The notes under the pieces were generated by a model. That model ran no database searches, was not told the DNA's origin, and saw nothing but the letters and a program-made list of their open reading frames with translations. DNA of 64,000 nt from Eledone cirrhosa (lineage: Eukaryota), in NCBI GenBank assembly GCA_964016885.1, contig OZ024763.1, positions 7,130,001-7,194,000 of the forward strand, given 5' to 3'. Within the stretch, counting starts at the first letter, position 1; every line of letters begins with the position of its first letter. A program made the translations under genes and the position numbers. Below, one piece after another: positions 12,930-27,114 of this stretch.

Positions 12930-13432
12930 GATTGTGGTGGTCTTGTGTGGTGGTGTGTGATGTGCTGGTGGTGTGTGGTGTGGTGTGGTGTGGTGGTGTG
13001 GTGTGTGGTATGGTGGTGGTGTGGTGGTGTGGTGTGGTGGTGGTGTGGTGGTGTGGTGGTGTGGTGTGTGGTGGTGGTGTGTGGGTGGTGGTGTAGTGGT
13101 GTGGTGTGTGGTGTGGTGGTGGTGTGGTGGTGTGGTGGTGGTGTGGTGGTATGGTGGTGGTGTGGTGGTGGTGTGGTGGTGTGGTGGTGGTGTAGTGGTG
13201 TGGTGTGTGGTGTGGTGGTGGTGTGGTGGTGTGGTGGTGGTGTAGTGGTGTGGTGGTTTGGTGTGGTGGTGGTGTAGTAGTGTGGTGGTGTGGTGTGTGG
13301 TGTGGTGGTGTGGTGTGGTGTGGTGGTGGTGTGGTGGTGGTGTAGTGGTGTGGTGTGGTGGTGTGGTGGTGTGTGGTGTGGTGGTATAGTGGTGGTGGTG
13401 TTGTGGTGTGGTGGTGGTGTAGTGGTGTGGTG
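12930..13432. repeat. (GGT/GTGTG)n low-complexity repeat
   Basis: Direct inspection. Confidence 0.95.
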
Positions 13433-14202
13433 TGTGTTTCTTTTTCTCTACCTTTCTATCTATCTCGCACTCTCTCTATTTCTACACACACACACACACA
13501 CACACATTGATATAAATATGCATATATAACCCTTTCTCTCTCTCTCTTTCTCTCACTCACTCTCTACCTCCCTCTCACTCACTCTCTACCTCCCTCTCTC
13601 CCTCACTCTCTACCTCCCTCTCTCACTCTCTCACTCTCTCTACCTCCCTCTCTCACTCACTCTCTACCCCCCTCTAACACACATATATAACCCTCTCACA
13701 TCCCCCCCCACTCTCTACCATGTCAACCAGAATTTGGCCAGGAATATCAAAACCAGTCTCTACAGAAATATATCGGAAGTTGCCAACAGACCATCTATAG
13801 GTTGTGTGTGGTTGTGTGTGTGTCTATAGCTTGTGTGTGGTTGTATGTGGCTGTATGTATGTGTGGCTGTGTGTATGTGGCTGTATGTATGTGTGTGTGT
13901 GTATGTGGCTGTATGTATGTGTGTGTGTGTGGCTGTATGTATGTGTGTGTGTGTGGCTGTATGTATGTGTGTGTGTGTGGCTGTATGTATGTGTGTGTGT
14001 GTGGCTGTATGTATGTGGATGTGGTGGCTCGGTTTTGAGCCAAGTTCCTAAAAATATCCACTTTTATGCATCGGAATAGATACTCTCTCTCTCTATCTCT
14101 CCCTCTCTCTCCCTCTCTCTCTCTCTCTCCCTCTCTCTCTCTCTCTCTATCTATCTCTCCCTCTCTCTCTCTCTCTCTATCTCTCCCTCTCTCTATCTCT
14201 CC

Positions 14203-14265
<63 letters not shown>

Positions 14266-14502
14266 CCTCTCTCTCTCTCTCTCTCTCTATCTCTCCCTCT
14301 CTCTCTCTCCCTCTCTCTCTCTCCCTCTCTCCCCCCCCTCTCTCTCTCTCTCTCACACCGTGTTATGTGTGTCAATGTATATATGTGTGTGTTAGTGTAT
14401 CAGTATGTTTATGTGTGTGTCAGTATATATATATATATGTGTGTGTATGTGTGTGTTAGTGTATCAGTATGTTTATGTGTGTGTCAGTATATATATATAT
14501 AT

Positions 14503-14704
14503 ATAGGAACGAGTAGGACCCCGACGGCTGAGCTCAAGCCGTTTCGACGGCTAATTCTACACTTATAGTCCAGAATTAGCCGTCGAAACGGCTTGAGCTC
14601 AGCCGTCGGGGTCCTACTCGTTCCTATTACCCACTCTACTACCCTAAGTATTGAGTACTTTGGTGCGTTATGGTCCACCTGGTTCCTTACCACATTTCCT
14701 TCGT

Positions 14705-14705
<1 letters not shown>
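14503..14705 (+). mobile_element. PLE-like terminal repeat, family B, with fold-back 5' inversion
   Basis: 56-bp inverted arms (14503-14558 / 14572-14627). Hammerhead 3' half GAA-ACGGCT-tgagctc-AGCCGT-C-GGGG. ACTC-TACT-acccta-AGTA-TT-GAGT (14633-14656). Flanked by (TA)n on both sides. Confidence 0.75.
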
Positions 14706-14735
<30 letters not shown>

Positions 14736-14769
14736 ATGTGTGTTAGTGTATCAGTATGTTTGTGTGTCC

Positions 14770-14811
<42 letters not shown>

Positions 14812-14846
14812 ATGTGTGTTAGTGTATCAGTATGTTTGTGTGTCCG

Positions 14847-14883
<37 letters not shown>

Positions 14884-15939
14884 ATGTGTGTGTTAGTGTA
14901 TCAGTATGTTTGTGTGTGTCAGTATATATATGTGTGTGTGTATGTGTGTTAGTGTATCAGTATGTTTGTGTGTGTGTCAGTATATATATGTGTGTGTGTA
15001 TGTGTGTTAGTGTGTTAGTGTGTGTGTCAGTATATATATATATATATATGTGTATGTGTGTGTTAGTGTATCAGTATGTTTGTGTGTGTGGGGTCAACTT
15101 TGAGCCAAGACCGGAGATCTGCACTCTTATACATAGTGTGTCAGTGAATCTGTCTGTATATATATGTATGTGTGTACGTTTCTATGTCTGTGTGTATATA
15201 TGTCTGTGTGTGTGTGTCTGCGTGTATATATATATGTGCGTGTGTGAGTGTGTCTGTGTGTATATATGTCTGTGTTTGTGTGTCTGCGTGTATATATGTG
15301 TGTCTGTGTGTGTATATATGTCTGTGTGAGTGTGTGGCTCAACTTTGAGCCGAGAGCCTGAAATATGTCTGGAGCGGAGGGTGTGGTGTGGGGGGGGGGG
15401 CAAGGTGAGAAGGTAGGGGTGTAGTGTGGGGTGGGCTGTTAGGAATGAGGGCAGGACCTCAGGGTGGGGTGGTGGTGTCGTAAGGTGAGAAGACAAGGGT
15501 GTGTAAGGGTGGGTGGGATATCTTGGAATGGAGCAGGTCGTGGGGTAAGAAGGTGGGGTGGGGGAGGGAGAGGATGAGGGTGGGGCGAGTCAGGATGGCG
15601 GGTGGGGGAAATAAATCAAATTCCCCCGTTTTTACTCAGAAATGACTAACTCTTCTTCTCTGGAGACGAAACTGGATTTTCCACCACACACACACGTATA
15701 TACACATACACACGTATACACACATATATACACACACGTATACACACATATACAGACGTATACACACACGTATACACACAGACACACACACACACACACA
15801 CACATACCCAACACACATATATACACATACACACGCATACATATATAGACACACACACAGCTACACACATTCTCTCTCTCCTTGTCAGTTCCTCCAATCT
15901 CTGGTTCATCTTATTCAATTTACCCCTGTGTATACACAC

Positions 15940-16076
<137 letters not shown>

Positions 16077-16135
16077 TACACACACACACATATATATACA
16101 CACACACATACACACATACACACACACACACACAC

Positions 16136-16214
<79 letters not shown>

Positions 16215-16464
16215 CACACACACACATACACACACACACACATACATGCTTACATATATATATATATATGTGTGTGTGTATATATATATATGTGTGTGTG
16301 TATATATATATATATGTGTGTGTATATATATATATATGTGTGTGTATATATATATATATATGTGTGTATTTCCATCATCCCTATATTTACCACACATTTC
16401 CCACCCCTCCCCCTCCCCTGGCTTTTGTGTATTGTTGGCGGCACACCGGATAGTGGAATGTTAT

Positions 16465-18230
16465 CTGGTGTGGTGTGGTGTAGTGCTACTGGTGGTGTGG
16501 TGTTGGTGTTGGTGTGGTGTTGGTGTAGTGCTACTGGTGGTGTGGTGTGGTGTGGTGTGGTGTTGGTGTAGTGCTACTGGTGGTGTGGTGTGGTGTGGTG
16601 TGGTGTGGTGTGGTGTAGTGCTACTGGTGGTGTGGTGTGGTGTGGTGTTGGTGTGGTGGTAGTGCTGGTGGTGGTGTGGTGTGGTGTGGTGTGGTGTAGT
16701 GCTACTGGTGGTGTGGTGTTGGTGTAGTGCTACTGGTGGTGTGGTGTTGGTGTAGTGCTACTGGTGGTGTGGTGTTGGTGTAGTGCTACTGGTGGTGTGG
16801 TGTGGTGTGGTGTGGTGTTGGTGTAGTGCTACTGGTGGTGTGGTGTGGTGTGGTGTAGTGCTACTGGTGGTGTGGTGTGGTGTGGTGTTGGTGTAGTGCT
16901 GGTGGTGGTGTGGTGTTGGTGTTGGTGTGGTGTTCGTGTAGTGCTACTGGTGGTGTGGTGTGGTGTGGTGTGGTGTGGTGTAGTGCTGGTGGTGGTGTGG
17001 TGTGGTGTTGGTGTGGTGCTACTGGTGGTGTGGTGTGGTGTGGTGTGGTGTGGTGTGGTGTGGTGCTACTGGTGGTGTGGTGTGGTGTGGTGTGGTGTGG
17101 TGTGCTGTTGGTGTAGTGGTAGTGCTACTTGTGGTGTGGTGTGGTGTGGTGTAGTGCTACTGGTGGTGTGGTGTTGGTGTTGGTGTGGTGTTGGTGTAGT
17201 GCTACTGGTGGTGTGGTGTGGTGTGGTGTGGTGTGGTGTAGTGCTACTGGTGGTGTGGTGTGGTGTGGTGTGGTGTGGTGTGGTGTAGTGCTACTGGTGG
17301 TGTGGTGTGGTGTGGTGTGGTGTGGTGTGCTGTTGGTGTAGTGGTAGTGCTACTTGTGGTGTGGTGTGGTGTGGTGTGGTGTGGTGTGGTGTTGGTGTGG
17401 TGTTGGTGTAGTGCTACTGGTGGTGTGGTGTTGGTGTGGTGCTACTGGTGGTGTGGTGTGGTGTGGTGTTGGTGTAGTGGTAGTGCTACTGGTGGTGTGG
17501 TGTGGTGTTGGTGTGGTGTAGTGGTAGTGCTGGTGGTGGTGTGGTGTGGTGTGGTGTAGTGGTAGTGCTGGTGGTGGTGTGGTGTGGTGTGCTGTTGGTG
17601 TGGTGTTGGTGTAGTGCTACTGGTGGTGTGGTGTTGGTGTGGTGTTGGTGTAGTGCTACTGGTGGTGTGGTGTGGTGTTGGTGTGGTGTGGTGTAGTGGT
17701 AGTGCTGGTGGTGGTGTGGTGTGGTGTGCTGTTGGTGTAGTGGTAGTGCTACTTGTGGTGTGGTGTGGTGTGGTGTGGTGTTGGTGTTGGTGTTGTGTTG
17801 GTGTAGTGGTAGTGCTACTGGTGGTGTGGTGTGGTGTAGTGGTAGTGCTGGTGGTGGTGTGGTGGTGTGGTAGTGCTGGTGGTGGTGTGGTATGGTGGTG
17901 ATGGTATGGTGTGGTGTGTAGTGCTACTGGTGGTGAAGGTATGGTGGTGTGGTGTGGTGTAGCGGTAGTGCTGGTAGTGATGGTGTGGTGGAGTGGTAGT
18001 GCTGGTGGTGATGGTATGGTGGTGGTGTGGTAGTGCTGGTGGTGATGGTATGTATGGTGGTGGTGTGGTGCTATGGTTGTGTCGTGTTGGTGGTTGTAAT
18101 GCTACTGGTGGTGGTGTGGTGTTGTGTGGTTGTAATGCTACTGGTGGTGGTGTGGTGTTGTATGGTGTGGTGTAGTGCTGGTGGTGTGGTGTAGTGGTAG
18201 TGCTGGTGGTGTGGTATTGTGTAGGTGTTG
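16465..18230. repeat. (GGTGT)n pentanucleotide satellite with recurring AGTGCTACT insert
   Basis: Direct inspection. Confidence 0.95.
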
Positions 18231-18809
18231 GTGATAGTATAAAGTTGACAAGGAACTTTAAATGTCTGTCTTTCTCTCCCCCTCACCTCCACCCTCTCTC
18301 CCCCTCACCTCCCCTCTCTGTCTCTCTCTCCTACTCCATATGTCTCCCCTCAGCCCCTTATCTTTCTCTGTCACTCTCTACCCCCACTCCCCCCACACCC
18401 TCTAATGTCTTTGATAAAGTTGACAACACTTTCACCGTCTGCCTGACAGCTGGCTCATGTCTTTCTGTTTGTCACACATCTCAGCACTTTTCACCTAATT
18501 AACATGATGCTGCTGTTGTTATTGTTGATGTAGTTATTGTTATGGTTGTAGTGGTGTAGTGGTTGTTGTTGGTGGTGTTATGGTTGTAGTGGTGTAGTAG
18601 TAGTGGTTGCTGTTGTTGTTGGTGGTGTTATGGTTGTAGAGGTTGTTGGTGTGTTGCTGATGTCGATGTTATGGATGTTGTATATGCATTTGTACTTGTT
18701 GTTGTTGTTGTTGTCACTATTGTTGTTGTTGCTGTTGTAGTAAATGTTTAACAAATGCCGCAAGGAATCTCGTCCAACTCTTTTAACCAGGACGAAAGCA
18801 GCTCCGATA

Positions 18810-19435
18810 ACAACACCACCACCACCACTACCACCACCATCATCACCACCATCACCACCACCACCACCACCACCACCAACAACACCACCAACATCACTAC
18901 CATCAACATCAACACCACCACCAACACCACCACCACCACCAACACCACCACCAACACCACCACCAACACCACCAACACCACCACCACCACCACCACACCA
19001 CCACCACCAACACCACCACCCCACCACACCACCACCACCAAAACCACCACCATCAACAACAACACCACCTCCTCCACCAACACCACCACCACCTCCACCA
19101 ATACCAACATCACTACCAACAACACCACCACCCCACCACCACCACCACACCACCCCACCACCACCACACCACCAACAACACCACCATCACACCACCCCAC
19201 CACCACCAACACCACCACCACCAACACCACCACCACCAACACCACCACACCACCAACACCACCAACACCACCACACCACCAACACCACCACTTCCACCAC
19301 GCCACCACACCACCACCACCACCACACCAGCACCACCCCACCACCAACACCACCACCAACACCACCACCAACACCACCACCACACCACCAACACCACCAC
19401 CAACACCACCACCAACACCACCACCACCACCAACA
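18810..19435. repeat. (CCA/CAA)n microsatellite
   Basis: Direct inspection; source of the poly-Pro/Thr ORFs. Confidence 0.95.
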
Positions 19436-19840
19436 AGATATAGATCTCCAGGATAAAATGATGCGTGAATATTATTCTCTATTGATATTTGGTGTCCTAG
19501 AGAACCTTTTGTAGATACTGCGGTGAGAGGGGGGGGAGGGAGGATATGTAAAGAGGGATCTAAGGGATCGATGAGAGGAGAGAGAAAGGAGGAGGAGAGG
19601 GAGGAGGAATCGATGATAGAGATGAAAAAGTATGATAGATGAAAGGAGAAAGAGGGCAAATATATGAAAAGGATTTATATAGAGTATGATACGGGTTGGA
19701 GGGAAAGAAGGGGCTGTTTAGAGAAAGATGAAGAAATCCCCCTCCCCTATAACGTGTTATGGTGGCGGGGGTAGGATGAAGGAAGAAGGAGGACCTGGAG
19801 TTTGGATGATAAATTGATGAAATTATGATAAGCTAAGTGA

Positions 19841-19930
19841 AATTATGCAAATTAGATGATTATTATGCAAATTAGTGAAACCAAATAAATAACTAATTAA
19901 ACGTTTGGCGAACCGACACAGCACGTGCAG
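19841..19930. promoter_or_regulatory. Candidate enhancer: paired octamer (POU) sites
   Basis: ATTATGCAAATTAG occurs twice (ATGCAAAT at 19845-19852 and 19865-19872), with nearby TAATTA and CACGTG. Confidence 0.3.
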
Positions 19931-20009
19931 AGTGGGGGTGGTGTACTGGGTGGCTTGTTTGTTTGGTAGGAAAGACTGTAGTGCGTGTGTATTTATATAT
20001 ATGTGTGTT

Positions 20010-20065
<56 letters not shown>

Positions 20066-20156
20066 ATCAATAGCAAAACGCGCGCGTCACTCCTCAATGA
20101 ACGTAATGAAGTTGTAACAAATCGTACTTTTTATTATTATTATAATATATATATAT

Positions 20157-20265
20157 TGCCATTCTGAGTTCAAATCCCGCCGAGGTTAACTTTGCCTTTC
20201 ATCCTTAAAATAAAGTACCAGTAATACACTGGATAATTGCTGGCTTTGTGCCAAAAGTAGAAACA
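20157..20265 (+). mobile_element. tRNA-derived SINE (partial)
   Basis: gagttcaaatcccgccgaggttaactttgcctttcatcc..aaagtaccagtaatacactgg. Confidence 0.85.
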
Positions 20266-20268
20266 ATT

Positions 20269-20307
<39 letters not shown>

Positions 20308-20427
20308 CATACATATATATTTTCCCACATCTTACGTTAACTATTTTTCCATTTTGACGTTATAGTCACTTATATATTATGGAATACTGTTAGCTTCTTG
20401 CTCACAATAATTTCTATACTTTTCATT

Positions 20428-20470
<43 letters not shown>

Positions 20471-20489
20471 TGTGTGTGTATGTGTGTGT

Positions 20490-20616
20490 GTAAAAAGTAA
20501 ACAGAAATAACTAAGCAAACAACACCGTACAATGAAGAAATATATTAGTTTAACGCAGGAAAACAGCGTTAACGTTTGGGACATTAGTTCTGCTCCTCAC
20601 ACGGTCTTCAGACTAT

Positions 20617-20618
<2 letters not shown>
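20490..20618 (-). mobile_element. PLE-like terminal repeat, family D (degenerate)
   Basis: Minus strand CTGAAGA...CCCAAACGTTAACGC...gcgttaaactaatatatttcttc, similar to 20870-21003. Confidence 0.55.
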
Positions 20619-20694
<76 letters not shown>

Positions 20695-20825
20695 GTTTCC
20701 TATATATAAACCTCCGTGACCCGTGGTAGACAACTGATGAAGGGAAAATGTTTATCTCTTGTTTGTGTCCCTTTACTTTCTAACACTCGTTATCAGTAAC
20801 CACACATCCTCGTCCCTCTCAATCC

Positions 20826-20869
<44 letters not shown>

Positions 20870-20875
<6 letters not shown>

Positions 20876-21003
20876 GGTAGACAAAAATAACAACACAATC
20901 GTTACAGTATATGGAAGAAGTATATTAGTTTAACGCTTGAAATAGCAGGAAGAGGGTCTTAACGTTTCGGACGCCAGTCCTTCATCAGAAGAAAGAATGA
21001 GAA
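20870..21003 (-). mobile_element. PLE-like terminal repeat, family D
   Basis: Reverse complement closely matches 59272-59408; ends in (CA)n. Confidence 0.75.
20957..20992 (-). ncRNA. Minimal type I hammerhead ribozyme (family D)
   Basis: TCTT-CTGATGA-A-GGAC-tggc-GTCC-GAA-ACGT-T-AAGA: 4-bp stems I and II and palindromic ACGU stem III. Confidence 0.75.
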
Positions 21004-21052
21004 ATTAGAAGGGACGGGTGGGGCGGAATTGGAAAAAATGTTTCCATTGAAA

Positions 21053-21083
<31 letters not shown>

Positions 21084-21250
21084 AAGAGAGAGAGAGAGAG
21101 AGAGAGACTGATAGATAAGTAAATGCAATATGATGCGAGAATTAGATTTGATCTAAAGATAGGTAAAGAGGAAGGGGGAGTTAATTGGTGCATGGAAACA
21201 GTGCAAGGGCACACGTGTGTGTGGAGGTCTGTATGTACGGGTGCATGTGT

Positions 21251-21309
<59 letters not shown>

Positions 21310-21406
21310 GTTGGATTTTCACCCCGAAACTGGGTATCAACCCGGAGTATATCTGAACTTCCACCAGGAAATCTTTCCTATCAATGACATTTTCTTTGCT
21401 TCTTGC

Positions 21407-21474
<68 letters not shown>

Positions 21475-21488
21475 TTAGACATGTGTGT

Positions 21489-21542
<54 letters not shown>

Positions 21543-21548
21543 TTAGAC

Positions 21549-21646
<98 letters not shown>

Positions 21647-21669
21647 AGACATGTGTGTATACATATATA

Positions 21670-21711
<42 letters not shown>

Positions 21712-21729
21712 CACACATCTAAGTGTGTG

Positions 21730-21760
<31 letters not shown>

Positions 21761-23513
21761 GTATACACACATGTCTAAGTGTGTGTTGAAAGTGAAAGTG
21801 AAACTAGAAATACAGAGATTAAAGGAAATATCACACCAGGGGTCTTTGTGATTGTGGTGGTGGTGGTGTTAGCTGTGGTGATGGTTGTAGTGTTGGGGTA
21901 GTGGTGGTAGTGTAGTTATTGGGTCATTCATAGTGGGGGGGGGGTAGTGGTGGTGCTAGTAGTGGTTCTGGTGGTAGTAGTAGTAGTAGTGGTGGTGGTG
22001 GGAGGTGTAATTATTGGGTCATTCATAGAGGGAGTACTAGTAGTGTTGGTAGTAGTAGTAGTGGTGGTGGTGATGTAATTATTGGGTCATTCATACAGGA
22101 GGTAGTAGTAGTTGTAGTAGTAGTGGTGGTAGTAGTAATAGTAATAGTAGAAATAGTGGTGGTAGTAGTAGTAGTAGTAAGAGGAGCAGGAGGAGGAAAG
22201 AAGGAAGGGGTGGAGAGGGAGAATTTAGGAAACCGAAATAGCATTAATGGGGCTTTTAGTAGAGGAGAGTTCCTAGATGACTGTAGCAGCAGTAGTAGTA
22301 GCAGCAGTAGTAGCAGCAGTAGTAGTAGCAGTAGTAGCAGCAGTAGTAGCAGTAGTAGTAGAAGCAGGGGTAGAAGATGATGTATCATCAACAGCAGTAT
22401 AGTCATCATCATCATTATAGAAAACATCATTATAAATAGCGCCACCACTATCACCACCACCACCACTATCACCACTACCAGTATCACCACCACCACCACC
22501 ACCACCACCACCTCCACCACCACCACCTCCACCACCACCACCACCACCACCACTATCACCACCACCACTACCACTATCACCCCCACCACCATCACCACCA
22601 CCACCACTACCACCACCACCACCACCACCATCACCACCACTATCACCACCACCACCACCACCACCACCACCACTATCACCACCACCACCACCACCACCAC
22701 CACTATCACCCCCACCACCATCACCACCACCACCACTACCACCACCACCACCACCACCATCACCACCATTATCACCACCACTATCACCACCACTATCACC
22801 ACCACCACCACCCCCACCACCACCACCACTACCACCACCACCACCACCACCACCACCAACAGTGCTAGCTGTATGGTGGTTATAAGTCAGTCAGTCTTGT
22901 AGGAAGTGAAATATCTCTGCTACTACATACACAGACACATACATACAGACATACACATATACACACATACATACATACAGACATACAGACATACATATAT
23001 ACATACATACATACACACATACATACATACAGACATACATATATACATACATACAGACACACACACACATACATACAGACATACACATATACACATATAC
23101 ACACATACATACATAGACATACATATATACACATATACATACATACATACAGACACACACATATACATACATACACACAGACATACACATATACACACAG
23201 ACATACAGACACACACATATACATATATACATACAGACATACACATATACACATATACATACAGACAAACACATATACACACATACACACAGACACATAC
23301 ATATATGTATATAGACACACGCATATACAGACACACACAATCATACATATATGTATATAGACACACACATATACAGACACACACAATCATACATATATGT
23401 ATACAGACACACACAATCATACACATACATACTGTCACACACACAAACATCTAAATAGTTAAACAGCTCTCTCTCACTCACCCTCTTTCTTTCTTGTTCT
23501 TTCTCTTTCTTCT

Positions 23514-23550
<37 letters not shown>

Positions 23551-23867
23551 CGTGTCTATCTATCCCCCCCCCTCTCTATCATGTCCTGCCTCTCTGGATC
23601 AGCTTAACTGATGCAACTATAGTACACCGAATCGTATCTGTTGTATATATATACATATATATATACACACGTATACACACATACACACACATTTACATAT
23701 ATATACATACATACAAACGTACATACATACATACACACACACACACACATATATATATACTTACACACATATATAGACAGACAAGACATTTACATGCGTG
23801 CATACACAGATGCACTCGTGCATATAAATTAATTATATATATATATATATACACATACACATATACT

Positions 23868-23903
<36 letters not shown>

Positions 23904-23911
23904 TATACTTG

Positions 23912-23944
<33 letters not shown>

Positions 23945-24455
23945 ACATATACTTGTATATATATATATATATATACACATACACATATACTTGTATATAT
24001 ATATATATATATATATACACATACACATATACTTGTATATATATATATATATACACATACACATATACTTGTATATATATATATATATATATACACATAC
24101 ACATATACTTGTATATATATATATATATATATACACCCAGCATTCATATATATACCAAACAGTCTTACACACAGACACAATATACATCCATAGATCAATA
24201 TATAAGATCCATACATCGGTCTATCACTGTGTGTATATATATATATACACCTATATACACACCTATATATACACCTATATATACACCTATATATACACCT
24301 ATATATACACTTTTCTATGTCAGTGTTGTAACTTCCCTAGCAGCTGACAGTTCTGGCGAGGTTCACCTCGCTTCCGCTGTAGTTTGCTGTCTTACACACA
24401 TACACACATACACACACACATATACACACATATATACACATATATACGTATACAT

Positions 24456-24494
<39 letters not shown>

Positions 24495-24507
24495 CAGATC
24501 TCTCTAT

Positions 24508-24538
<31 letters not shown>

Positions 24539-24614
24539 CACACACATACATCTATAGACGTACATGTGCACTGATAAATTCCCATGCATTAGACAACATA
24601 AACACACATATATA

Positions 24615-24922
24615 TATATATATAGAGACATAAACACACACGCACACACACACACACATATATATAGAGACATAAACACACACGCACACACACACACATA
24701 TATATAGAGACATAAACACACACGCACACACACACACATATATATAGAGACATAAACACACACGCACACACACACACATATATATAGAGACATAAACACA
24801 CACGCACACACACACACATATATATAGAGACATAAACACACACGCACACACACACACATATATATAGAGACATAAACACACACGCACACACACACACATA
24901 TATATAGAGACATAAACACACG

Positions 24923-24925
<3 letters not shown>
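24615..24925. repeat. 40-bp tandem repeat (atatatagagacataaacacacacgcacacacacacacat)
   Basis: About 8 copies. Confidence 0.92.
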
Positions 24926-24990
<65 letters not shown>

Positions 24991-25448
24991 TAATATATAT
25001 ATACCTCTACATATATATATATTAAATACATGCACATATTTTTTTACACGCTCAAACGATCTCACGTGACAGTTTTGCAACTGCTACAAACCACCACCAC
25101 CACCACTACCACCACCACCACCACCACCACTACCACTACCACCAATCCCCTCACAAACAACTAAGCCCCTCTCAAACATCTCTGCTGCAAGAGCCCCTCA
25201 GTAATTAACCCCGACGGTACGCCTGGTGGGGGGTAATTAATCCCGCAGTAAATTTAACAAGTGGTCCCTCAACTTTTTGGTTGCAATGTCGGATACGGAA
25301 ATATTTTCTTACAGTTCCGACTATGAATCGAACCCCGCTAAGGAGATCCTGACCACAGCCGAACACAGGGAAAAATTGGAAGCTTTTAAAGGTAACAAAG
25401 GAACATACACTATTGTATACACACACACACACATATATACATACATAT

Positions 25449-25489
<41 letters not shown>

Positions 25490-26057
25490 ATACACACACA
25501 TATATATATGTATACATACACACACACAGACACACACATATATATATATATAGAGAGAGAGATATGTATATATATATATACAAATATGTATATATATATA
25601 GATATGTATATATATATATACAAATATGTATGTATGTATATGTATATATATATAGATATGTATATATATATATATATATACAAATATGTATGTATATATA
25701 TATATATACAAATATGTATGTATGTATATGTATGTATATATATATATATACAAATATGTATGTATGTATATGTATATATATATATATATATACAAATATG
25801 TATATATATATATACAAATATGTATGTATGTATATATATATATACATATATATATATATACATGCATATATATACATACACATACATACACACCACACAC
25901 GTATATATATACATGCATATATATACATACACATACATACACACAACACACGTATATATATACATGCATATATATATATACATACATAGACACACACACA
26001 CATATATATATATATACATGCATATACATACACACACACATATATATATACATGCAT

Positions 26058-26094
<37 letters not shown>

Positions 26095-26095
<1 letters not shown>

Positions 26096-26193
26096 GGGGT
26101 GCCCCAAAATGTATACACACTTTCATTACCTGTACAGGCAATATTAGATTAGAATACTGTTGAAGTATGTATACATTTTTGGGGGACACTGTG
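26095..26193. mobile_element. Tc1/mariner-type MITE
   Basis: TA|CGGGGTGCCCCAAAATGTATACACACTT ... AAGTATGTATACATTTTTGGGGGACACTGTG|TA. Related copies at 59590-59664 and a half copy at ~60293-60320. Confidence 0.75.
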
Positions 26194-26704
26194 TATATAT
26201 ATATATATATATGTGTGTACAAACACATGTATGAGTATGCATGTATGTGTACATGTATGTATGTACACATACATGCATGTACACATACATGTATGTATGT
26301 GTACATGCATGTATGTACACATACATGTATGTACACATACATATATGTACACATACATGTATGTACACATGCATGTATGTACACATGCATGTATGTGTAC
26401 ATACATGTATGTACACATACATACATGTATGTGTACTTGCAGGTATGTACACATACATGACATGCATGTATGTGTACACAAGTGTGTATGTGTTTTTGCA
26501 TACATTGGTGTATGTATGCATATGATTATCTGTATATATATTATCTGTATATATATATATATATACACACACTTGACGAAGTCACAAACGTATAAAGACA
26601 CACAAAACATATCTACACACACACACACTTATATGCACACTTACTTTGTTATATTCATAATTTTGGTAAATCTATTTTCCATATCGTTCATTTAAAGAAA
26701 ATGA

Positions 26705-26806
<102 letters not shown>

Positions 26807-27083
26807 GCATATATATGTATGTGTGTGTGTGTGCATATATATGTATGTGTGTGTGTGTGCATATATATGTATGTGTGTGTGTGTGCATATATATGTATGT
26901 GTGTGTGTGTGCATATATATGTATGTGTGTGTGTGTGCATATATATGTATGTGTGTGTGTGTGCACATATATATGTGTGTGTGTGTGTATATATATATGT
27001 ATGTGTGTGTGTGTGTATATATATGTGTGTGTGCATATATATATGTGTGTGTGTATATATATATGTCTGTGTGTATATATATA

Positions 27084-27114
<31 letters not shown>

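Noticed and set aside
18768-18808. GTCC..GGAC-GAAA-GCAGC-TC hammerhead 3' half
   Set aside because: No CUGANGA upstream and no stem I.
20710-20825. CTGATGA-AGGGA...TCCCT
   Set aside because: No GAAA after the stem; at most an unclassified repeat.
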